A stretch of DNA of 64,000 bases, from contig JBJTQJ010000112.1 of the NCBI GenBank assembly GCA_046075565.1, positions 25,542 through 89,541 on the forward strand, written 5' to 3'. This DNA is from Verrucomicrobiales bacterium (lineage in GTDB: Bacteria; Verrucomicrobiota; Verrucomicrobiia; Verrucomicrobiales; SLCJ01). Positions 10,679-18,296 of the stretch are shown here, in pieces. The translations under genes and the position numbers were made by a program. The notes under the pieces were generated by a model. The model had not been told where the DNA came from. It ran no database searches and saw only the letters and a list, made by a program, of their open reading frames with translations. Each line of letters starts with the position of its first letter. The first letter of the stretch is position 1.

Positions 10679-12106
10679 ATGCGCCAGGCCCTGCTTTCTC
10701 CCCGATTTTTTGCCGCTTTCTCGGTGGTTCCTTCCATCTTGCTCGCCGAGCCGGCCGCGCCCAAGCAGAAGGTCGAGGAAATCTACCAGAACTATTGCGC
10801 CCAATGCCACGGTGGAAAGTTCGAGGGCGGACTTGGAGGTTCGCTGGTCGACGGGCAATGGAAGCATGGTGCGACCGATGAGGAGATCACACGTTCGATC
10901 GCCAAAGGCAACGAGACCCTGGGCATGCAGCCATGGGAGGGCGTCCTCTCCGCGGAGCAGATTCGTTCGTTGGTGATTTTTCTAAGGGAACAGGAGAAGC
11001 AGGAAAAGTTTCGCAAGCTTGAATTCCCGAAACCATCTCTCGACAAAGTCACAAAGACGACGCATCATTCGTATCGTCTCGAAACGATCGCCGATGGACT
11101 CGACATCCCATGGGCCATCGCGTTCTTGCCGGACGGAAGAAAAATCATCACCGAGCGCCCGGGGCCGGTGCGTCTCATCGACAAGGATGGCAAATTGCAG
11201 CCTCCGGTCGCGGGCACGCCGGCGGTCATTCATCACGGGCAAGGCGGCATGATGGACGTGGCCGTGCATCCCGACTACGAAAAGAACGGTTGGATTTACC
11301 TCGCCCTCTCCGATGGGTGGCAGAAAGATGGAAAACCCAAAACCCTCACCGCCATCGCGCGTGGACGCATCAAGGATAACCAATGGGTGGATCAGCAATG
11401 GATCTGGGGAGGCGATCGCAAGTTTTACGGCAGTGCCGGCGTGCACTTCGGCAGCCGGATTGTCTTCGACAAAGGATACATTTATTTCGTGGTCGGTGAA
11501 CGCGGTGGCAAGGAAGAAGCCCAGGATGTTGCGAATCCAAAAGGTAAAATTTTCCGGCTCCATGATGACGGCCGCGTGCCAGATGACAATCCCTTCGCGA
11601 AGGCCCCGCCTGCCTTGCCCGGAGTCTGGAGTTACGGGCACCGCAACCCGCAGGGCCTCGTGCTCGACCCGCGTGACGGCAGCCTCTGGTCCACCGAACA
11701 CGGCCCGCGCGGCGGCGACGAACTGAATCTCATCCGCAAGGGCGCGAACTACGGTTGGCCGTTCGTGACCTTCGGCATGAATTACGACGGCACCCCCATG
11801 ACCAGCGAAACATCCCGCCCCGGCATCGAGCCACCGGTCATGCACTGGACACCTTCCATCGCCGCCTGCGGACTCGCCATCGGCAACGGCAAGGCATTCC
11901 CCAGGTGGGAACGCGATCTTTTCGCCGGCGCCCTCGCGCAGCAGGAGATCCGGCGCATCCGTGTTTCCATGGGCAAGGTGGTCGAGGAAGAAATCATCTG
12001 CAAGGACATCGGGCGCGTGCGCGACGTGAAAACCGCCCCGGATGGCACCATCTACGCCGTGCTCAATAATCCCAACCGGATCGTCCGCCTCGTTTCGGCG
12101 GACTGA
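10679..12106 (+). CDS. PQQ-dependent glucose/sorbosone (aldose sugar) dehydrogenase with N-terminal c-type cytochrome
   Basis: Signal peptide, CAQCH heme motif, then GSDH motifs PWAIAFLPDG, GQGGMMDV, HFGSRI, YGHRNPQG, EHGPRGGDELN, GANYGWP, GRVRDV. Confidence 0.9.
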   Translation: MRQALLSPRFFAAFSVVPSILLAEPAAPKQKVEEIYQNYCAQCHGGKFEGGLGGSLVDGQWKHGATDEEITRSIAKGNETLGMQPWEGVLSAEQIRSLVIFLREQEKQEKFRKLEFPKPSLDKVTKTTHHSYRLETIADGLDIPWAIAFLPDGRKIITERPGPVRLIDKDGKLQPPVAGTPAVIHHGQGGMMDVAVHPDYEKNGWIYLALSDGWQKDGKPKTLTAIARGRIKDNQWVDQQWIWGGDRKFYGSAGVHFGSRIVFDKGYIYFVVGERGGKEEAQDVANPKGKIFRLHDDGRVPDDNPFAKAPPALPGVWSYGHRNPQGLVLDPRDGSLWSTEHGPRGGDELNLIRKGANYGWPFVTFGMNYDGTPMTSETSRPGIEPPVMHWTPSIAACGLAIGNGKAFPRWERDLFAGALAQQEIRRIRVSMGKVVEEEIICKDIGRVRDVKTAPDGTIYAVLNNPNRIVRLVSAD

Positions 12107-12211
12107 TGATTTTCCTCTGGTTCGGGGGCGAAGGTATTGCTGCCGGGGATTCCGGCACATTCCCTGCTGGTGATTGGGAAACTCCCATGAACTCCCGAAC
12201 ACCCGAATCCC

Positions 12212-14044
12212 ATGAAGTCACCGACCCAGCGGGTCCTGCGGGAACTGCACCAGCGCTACGCGTCCCTTCGCGAGGGGGCGGTCGCCGATTACATTCCGGA
12301 ACTGACGAAAGCGAACCCCGACTGGTTCGGGATCTGCATCGCCACCCGCGATGGTCATCTTTACGAGATTGGTGACACCCGCCAGAAGTTCACCATCCAG
12401 TCAATTTCCAAGGCGCTGACCTACGGGCTCGCTTCGGAAGACCGCGGCGAGGAACACGTGCTCGCGAGGGTGGGCACCGAACCATCCGGCGAGGCCTTCA
12501 ATGCCATCAGTTTGAAACCGGGCTCTGGTTCCCCGTTCAACCCGATGATCAATGCCGGAGCCATTGCCACCTGCGGGCAAATCCTCGCTACCGATGAAGG
12601 TTCGCGTTTCGAGCGCATCCGCCGTTATCTTTCCACCTGCGCGGGAAATGATCTCGAGGTGGATCAGGATGTCTATAAATCCGAAAGCCGCACCGGCCAC
12701 CGCAACCGTGCCATCGGATGGATGTTGCGGAATTTAGACATCATCGAAGAGGAACCTCGCGAGGTTATCGAGACCTACTTCCAGCAATGTTCGCTCAAGG
12801 TGACTTGTGCCGACCTCGCTGTCATGGCCGCCACTTTGGCGAACCAGGGAGTGAACCCACTTACGGGCGAACATGCCATCCGCCGCGAATACGTGGACAA
12901 TATTCTGGGTGTCATGGCCACCTGCGGCATGTATGACTGGTCCGGGGAATGGCTCTATCGTGTTGGCTTGCCTGCCAAGAGCGGCGTCGGCGGTGGCATC
13001 ATGGCGGTTCTGCCCGGGCAACTCGGGATCGGAGTGTTCTCTCCTCCGCTCGATGCCAAGGGCAACAGCGCCCGTGGCATCCGCGTGTGTATTGATTTGG
13101 CGAATGAACTCGCCTTGCATCTCTTCAATCCTCAAGTCGCGCCCCCACCCGCCCTCCGGGTTTCCTACAACGCCACGCAGGTCGTCTCGCGCCGCCGTTT
13201 GCCCGCGGCCGCCTTCCAGACCCTCCGGCGTTATGGCGAACGCATCCGCGTGATTGAGTTGCAAGGGCCGCTGGTATTCTCGACTTTCGAGCCGGTGGTG
13301 CGCGCGCTCGTGCGCCAGGCTGCCTATTGCCGCCATGTGTTGCTCAATTTCACGCACGTCGTCAGCGCCGACAGCGTGAGCCTGCGCCTTCTCTCCCAGA
13401 TGCGGGAGAACCTCGCCGCCGAAGGTGTGGTCCTGATTTGTTCGGACCCGGGTGCATTCCGCAAAGCCCTGCTCGCTTCCGGTTTCCCCGTCGAAAATCT
13501 GCACGAAGAACACGATGCCGCCCTCGAACGTTGCGAAAATGCCCTGCTTCAGGAGGTCCTGAAAAGCGACTGGCAGGAAACCGTGGCCGTCGGCCTCGCG
13601 GAAACCGATCTGCTGCTCGGTTGCTCCGCCGAAGATGTCGAAATTCTCCGGGGATTGCTCGAGCCCCGCTCGTATCAGCCGGACGATGTCATCATTACCA
13701 AAGGGACGGCTGCGGACAGTTTGTTCTTCCTTCTCTCCGGACGGGTCGAAGTGCGGCTCCCATCGCTCCACTCGAACCATTACCAACGTCTCGATGTTCT
13801 CTCGACCGGCATGAACTTCGGCGAAATGGCCTTTATCGACCGGGCACCACGTTCCGCCGACGTCGTCGCCATCGAACCCGTAGAGTGCTTGGAATTCGGG
13901 CGGGCCGCTTTCGATCAACTCGACACGCTCCGCCCCGCGCTGAAAATCCATATCCTCACCCGGCTGGCCCGCCATCTCTCCAGCCGCCTCCGGCATACCA
14001 ACACGGAACTGGCCGCTCTTCGCAAACCGCCCACGCCCGCGTGA
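12212..14044 (+). CDS. glsA: Glutaminase A with C-terminal STAS and cyclic-nucleotide-binding domains
   Basis: VADYIPEL, TIQSISK catalytic motif, NPMINAGAI, CGMYD.SG, PAKSGVGGG; STAS-like ELQGPLVF; cNMP-like FGEMAFID..PRSADV. Confidence 0.92.
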   Translation: MKSPTQRVLRELHQRYASLREGAVADYIPELTKANPDWFGICIATRDGHLYEIGDTRQKFTIQSISKALTYGLASEDRGEEHVLARVGTEPSGEAFNAISLKPGSGSPFNPMINAGAIATCGQILATDEGSRFERIRRYLSTCAGNDLEVDQDVYKSESRTGHRNRAIGWMLRNLDIIEEEPREVIETYFQQCSLKVTCADLAVMAATLANQGVNPLTGEHAIRREYVDNILGVMATCGMYDWSGEWLYRVGLPAKSGVGGGIMAVLPGQLGIGVFSPPLDAKGNSARGIRVCIDLANELALHLFNPQVAPPPALRVSYNATQVVSRRRLPAAAFQTLRRYGERIRVIELQGPLVFSTFEPVVRALVRQAAYCRHVLLNFTHVVSADSVSLRLLSQMRENLAAEGVVLICSDPGAFRKALLASGFPVENLHEEHDAALERCENALLQEVLKSDWQETVAVGLAETDLLLGCSAEDVEILRGLLEPRSYQPDDVIITKGTAADSLFFLLSGRVEVRLPSLHSNHYQRLDVLSTGMNFGEMAFIDRAPRSADVVAIEPVECLEFGRAAFDQLDTLRPALKIHILTRLARHLSSRLRHTNTELAALRKPPTPA

Positions 14045-14138
14045 GGGCCGCGCCGGGCTTGTTCAACCATGGGCAGGTCTATAGGCTCCACACCGCTCCG
14101 CGACAACATAGCCTTTATTGTTAGGCGTTTCCGGCGGG

Positions 14139-14939
14139 TTACCTGGAGGGCGTGTCACCTTTCTTTGCGGCTTGCTCAATGGTGTCCCGGACAAACTGAG
14201 CGTGAAGCACCTTGCTCAACCCGAGCGGGTGGTGGATGGTGCGTTCCTCATACTCCATCGTCACGCGCTCGTCGTGACGGAATTGTGCAAGCACCATGCC
14301 GACGAGTAACGGATGAGCGTCCTTACCGGCAACAAACGCTGGGCCGCCGCTGTCGCCGGCGAATGACGTGAAATCCGCAAGGTAGGTATGATGCTTCTGA
14401 ATGGGCAAAAATGGATGACTGGCGATGATGCCTTGGCGTGCCACGGCAAATCCCGCGTCGTTGGCCTCGAAACGCTGTGGATAGGTCAACACGAAAAGAG
14501 GACTGCAAATGTGCAACCCTGCGGCCGTCAACCCGGCTTCGTCAGCGATGGCCGCCAATGGCAAGGCGCTGACCGGAACAGGCGGGGCCTCCAATAGCCG
14601 TAGAACCGCCACGTCCTCCTTGTCATGGCGCACCCAAAGAGGTTCACCATCGCGCCGAATATTGACGGTGTGGTCGCGGCGCTTATGGAATCCGTCAGCG
14701 TTGCGCTCACGCAGAACGACAATCGTCGTCTCGCCCTTGGTGCGTTCGAGGACATGAGCGGCAGTCACGAGGTAAAGGCTCTGGTCGGGTGCATCGCGAC
14801 GCACGAGGATGCACGTGCCGGTAGAATCGACATGGAAGAGCTTGAATGTCGAATCCAGCATCTCCGTCGCGAAATCTCCGGCCGCAGCGGCGGCACAACT
14901 GAAAATTCCGACCAGCCCAGCGAGAATTACTTGTTTCAT
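14139..14939 (-). CDS. Secreted trypsin-like serine protease
   Basis: Signal peptide; catalytic motifs VTAAHV, DVAVL and GDSGGP. Confidence 0.82.
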   Translation of the reverse strand: MKQVILAGLVGIFSCAAAAAGDFATEMLDSTFKLFHVDSTGTCILVRRDAPDQSLYLVTAAHVLERTKGETTIVVLRERNADGFHKRRDHTVNIRRDGEPLWVRHDKEDVAVLRLLEAPPVPVSALPLAAIADEAGLTAAGLHICSPLFVLTYPQRFEANDAGFAVARQGIIASHPFLPIQKHHTYLADFTSFAGDSGGPAFVAGKDAHPLLVGMVLAQFRHDERVTMEYEERTIHHPLGLSKVLHAQFVRDTIEQAAKKGDTPSR

Positions 14940-14972
14940 TATATTGAGAACTGAGGACACGCCTGACGTGGT

Positions 14973-14996
14973 TTATCCACACAATGGTGTGCATAA
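14973..14996. promoter_or_regulatory. Inverted pair of DnaA boxes
   Basis: TTATCCACA at 14973-14981 and TGTGCATAA (reverse complement TTATGCACA) at 14988-14996, both matching TTWTNCACA, in a divergent intergenic region. Confidence 0.5.
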
Positions 14997-15228
14997 CGTG
15001 GCGAATTTGGGAGAAAAAGGTCTGCGTGGAGGGGAGAATGTCAAAAATCGAAGGTGGGGGCAAGAGGGAAGTTGCGCCCAATGTGAGAAAGCGGGAACTG
15101 TGTATGGTCGGGTCGGCTGGGGTTGAACAGGGGGAAAGGTTTTGGAATTTTCGAAGGGGCTACCGGCTGGCTTAGCTCCAAAATCCGCCATTGCTCCGCA
15201 GGCTGAAAACGGGTAATCTCGGGCAAGG

Positions 15229-16722
15229 ATGGGGCCATGGTTGCTAACAGGCGGTTGTCGCCGCGTTTTTCCGCTCCTGCTCGGACTGCTCGCGCTCTGG
15301 GCTCTTCCCGCATGCCGGAAATCCGGGCCTGACGCGGCTATGGAGCGTCTTTCCAAAAGGGGATTCGCCTTTTCCGTCGAGGATTTCCATCGTGCGGCAC
15401 GATCCGGTGATGTGAAATCGGTGGAGGAATTTCTCGCCGCCGGCATGGCCGTGGATGTTCCCGACACCAATGGGAACACCGCCATCGGAGCGGCCAGCCA
15501 GAGCGACGCCGCCGATGTCGTGCGGTTGCTCATCTCGGCGGGTGCCCAAGTGAACGCACCCGCATCGGAGGGCCGAACGCCCCTCATGCTCGCAGCCGCC
15601 AGCGGTTCCGCACCCACCGTCCGGCTCCTGCTCGAAAGCAATGCCGATCCGAAAGCGCGTGATCCGGAGGGTTGGCATCCGCTTGCCCTTGCCACCTGGA
15701 ACCATCGTCTCGACGCCGCCGCCGTGCTCTCGGCCAAGGCCAGTGCCGCCGATATCGATGATGCCTTGCTTCTCTCCACCTTACACGGGGACGTGGAAAT
15801 GACAGATTTCTACCTGAGGCGCGGGGCATCGGTTTTCGCTCGCGATTCCGAAGGGCACACTCCCCTGATGCTTGCAGCCGCGAATGGACATGTTTCCGTC
15901 GCCCGCCGACTGCTCGACAACGGCGCGAATCGCTTCGAACTGCACTCCACAACACAATGGACACCAGCGCAGTTCGCCGTCCGCGCCGAACAGGAAAGCC
16001 TCGCCAAAGGTGATACCATCCGCGCTGCCCAAGCCCGTGCCGTGGCTGATTACCTCTCCGCGCCCGCCCCCGAGAATGGCGAGGAAATTGGTATCTTCGC
16101 CGATCCGCGTCCCATCCTCATCTTTGAGCCGGATGATCCGCCGCCGGATGAAGAAACCTCGGCCTCCATCGCCCATGGCAAGGTGCGCATCGGCCAGTCG
16201 ATCAAAGATGCCACCTTGGTCGTGCCCGCGCCCGGATTCGATGGTTTGGCCAGTGCGTGGAAGGTCACGGAATACCGGGAAAAACCCGCTCCCATCCTGC
16301 TCGAATCCGTCTTGCCCGACGGGGTGACCGCCCGCTTCCGCAAGTTGCAAGGATCCCAGGAACGTGTCGACTCCCGTGCCAACGAACCCATCGCAGGCAC
16401 GAGTTGGAGACTCGTCTCCGTGCGCCGCCGCATCCAGACCTCCAAGAATACGGGTGAAGCGCTCGAGGCCAGCACCGCCGTCGTGGAAATTCCCGCCGGT
16501 GGACCGCGCCGGGAAATCCGCTCCGGCCAACCCGTGCCCATGGAAGAACCGTATGCCGTGCTCGAGCCGGCCAAAGGCGGGCAAATCATCACCGCCCGAC
16601 GCGGGGAAAAATTCAAGCTCACCGGCGACCCGAAAACCTACGCCATCGCCGACATCGGCCCCGACTCCGTGGTCATCGAAGACACCGCCACCCGCGAAAC
16701 ACGCATCCTCACGCGCAGATAG
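15229..16722 (+). CDS. Ankyrin-repeat protein (possible lipoprotein) with C-terminal beta-rich domain
   Basis: Hydrophobic leader ending LPAC; repeated G.TPLMLAA.G ankyrin motifs; acidic linker; C-terminal domain reminiscent of verrucomicrobial pilus-associated (Amuc_1099-like) proteins (tentative). Confidence 0.8.
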   Translation: MGPWLLTGGCRRVFPLLLGLLALWALPACRKSGPDAAMERLSKRGFAFSVEDFHRAARSGDVKSVEEFLAAGMAVDVPDTNGNTAIGAASQSDAADVVRLLISAGAQVNAPASEGRTPLMLAAASGSAPTVRLLLESNADPKARDPEGWHPLALATWNHRLDAAAVLSAKASAADIDDALLLSTLHGDVEMTDFYLRRGASVFARDSEGHTPLMLAAANGHVSVARRLLDNGANRFELHSTTQWTPAQFAVRAEQESLAKGDTIRAAQARAVADYLSAPAPENGEEIGIFADPRPILIFEPDDPPPDEETSASIAHGKVRIGQSIKDATLVVPAPGFDGLASAWKVTEYREKPAPILLESVLPDGVTARFRKLQGSQERVDSRANEPIAGTSWRLVSVRRRIQTSKNTGEALEASTAVVEIPAGGPRREIRSGQPVPMEEPYAVLEPAKGGQIITARRGEKFKLTGDPKTYAIADIGPDSVVIEDTATRETRILTRR

Positions 16723-16796
16723 GTAGATTTTTCTTTCCTTTTGTCCGCCAATTTGTCATAAAGGGCTTGAGAGATCCAACCACCCTCTTTGTCATC

Positions 16797-17096
16797 ATGA
16801 AAACGACTCTGTCGGTAAACGGTTCGGTGGACCGTGATGAGGTGGCCGCGTTGCTGAGTGTTCTCCCCGGGGCCGGGCATCTCTACAAAAACCACTTTGG
16901 CGCAGGCCTGGGCATTCTCCTGCTCGGCAATGCGCTCGTCACATTCGTCTCCGGTCTGATGGCGCTGGCCACACTCGGATTGTCCCTGATCATCTTGCCC
17001 ACCGCCTACATGGCCATGGTCGCATGGAGCGCCTACAACCTGCCCGACTGGCACGGCCACCACCACTACCTGCACCCATGGACGCCCATGGAATAA
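16797..17096 (+). CDS. Small membrane protein (TM2/DUF5683-like)
   Basis: AALLSVLPGAGHLY motif followed by two hydrophobic helices; His-rich C-terminus. Confidence 0.7.
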   Translation: MKTTLSVNGSVDRDEVAALLSVLPGAGHLYKNHFGAGLGILLLGNALVTFVSGLMALATLGLSLIILPTAYMAMVAWSAYNLPDWHGHHHYLHPWTPME

Positions 17097-17100
17097 CCGG

Positions 17101-17199
17101 GACAGGATGAGGAGACCTGAGCAAGATCTCGTCGGGTGAGTTGGACCCGATCGAAGAAGGAGCACGGCTAGCTTGGCCGTGACGCCGCCCTGTTTTTTT
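17101..17199 (+). ncRNA. Candidate structured RNA (multi-stem junction ending in a T7 tract); family unassigned
   Basis: Outer ACAGG/CCTGT pairing encloses hairpins GAGACCT/AGATCTC, GTCGGGT/ACCCGAT and CACGGCTA/TGGCCGTG, followed by TTTTTTT. Confidence 0.3.
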
Positions 17200-17384
17200 G
17201 CCTCCCGAGCCTGCTTGTCTCGGGTCTTGCCGTTTTCTAACCACTTTCTCTTGGCGGGCGGGCCGAAGTGGTGTTTAACTGCCTCTCACTTTGCCCACCG
17301 CCCTGATGAGCCCGCGTAATTGCCGCCCGCCGACCGACACCCCTTCCGCAGGTGCCTCGATTCGGGAGGTGGCATGCCAAGCAT

Positions 17385-17665
17385 CCCCGGGCTTGCGCCC
17401 CGGGCTGGTGTGCACGGCTCCGTTGGAGCAAAGAAATGCCCCAATGGGGCAACGCATACCAGCGAAGGGTGCAACCCTGGATAGAGCGAAGCTCTGGGTA
17501 TGCCATGCCATCAATCCCCGCGTTCTGAAGGAACGCCGCATGTCCCCGAATGGCGGACGTGTGCCCAAACAACCCGGATGCGGCGTTCCTTCAGAACGCC
17601 TCCGTTTCGTCGTCTCCATTCCCAGGGTTGCACCCTGGGCTGGTATGTATCGCTCCGTTGGAACA
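17385..17665. repeat. REP-like palindrome cluster upstream of Y1 transposase
   Basis: Three copies (alternating orientation) of a CCCAGGGTTGCACCCTGGGCTGGTATG..GCTCCGTTGG-like unit, plus the inverted pair GCGTTCTGAAGGAACGCCGCAT / ATGCGGCGTTCCTTCAGAACGC; a degenerate copy of the latter follows the transposase (~18151-18185). Confidence 0.8.
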
Positions 17666-17690
17666 TCAAAACCCGCCGATTGAGTTTACC

Positions 17691-18143
17691 ATGCCACAAT
17701 CACTCTCCAATATTCTCATCCATTTGATCTGGAGCACGAATGACCGCCATCCGTGGCTTGTACCAGGCATGCGAGAGAAATCCCACGCCTTTCTCGCCGG
17801 AGCGGTGCGGCAATGTGATTGTGAGGCGTATCGAGTCGGTGGTGTGGCGGATCACGTGCACCTGACGGTGCGTCTTTCCCGCACCTTGTCCGTGGCGGAT
17901 CTGGTGAAGGAGGTGAAAACCACCTCCAGCAAATGGCTGAAGGAGCAAGGCCCCGCGTTCACGGACTTTTCCTGGCAACAGGGCTATGGCGCCTTCTCCG
18001 TGGGGATGAGTCAGAAGGAGGCGCTACTACAGTACATCGACACGCAGGAGGAGCACCACCATACGCGGACCTTCCAGGATGAATACCGCGACTTCCTGAA
18101 GAAATACGGGATCGACTATGATGAACGGTATGTGTGGGACTGA
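17691..18143 (+). mobile_element. tnpA: IS200/IS605-family (Y1 HUH) transposase TnpA, REP-associated
   Basis: HLIWST..R, DHVHL (HUH), VKTTSSKW, WQQGYGAFSV, YIDTQEEHH (catalytic Tyr), YDERYVWD; no tnpB. Confidence 0.9.
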
Positions 18144-18296
18144 CCTCGCCGATGCGGCGATATGCCGCTTCCTTCAGAATGCATCTATTGCGACGGATGC
18201 GGACGATTTCCGTGACTACGTGCTGATGTCGCGCGCTACCGGACCTGCTTTCCCGAGGTGGCCATCGCGCCGATCTGGTGTAGATTGCAGGCTCAC

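Noticed and set aside
17101-17199. Glycine riboswitch or SRP RNA
   Set aside because: Has GGAGA and GAAGGAGCA-like words but lacks the CUCUCAGG core of glycine aptamers and the CAGG..GGAAGCAG motif of SRP; no suitable downstream gene.
17260-17335. Hammerhead ribozyme
   Set aside because: CTGATGAG is present, but there is no correctly placed CGAAA and no stems I and III.
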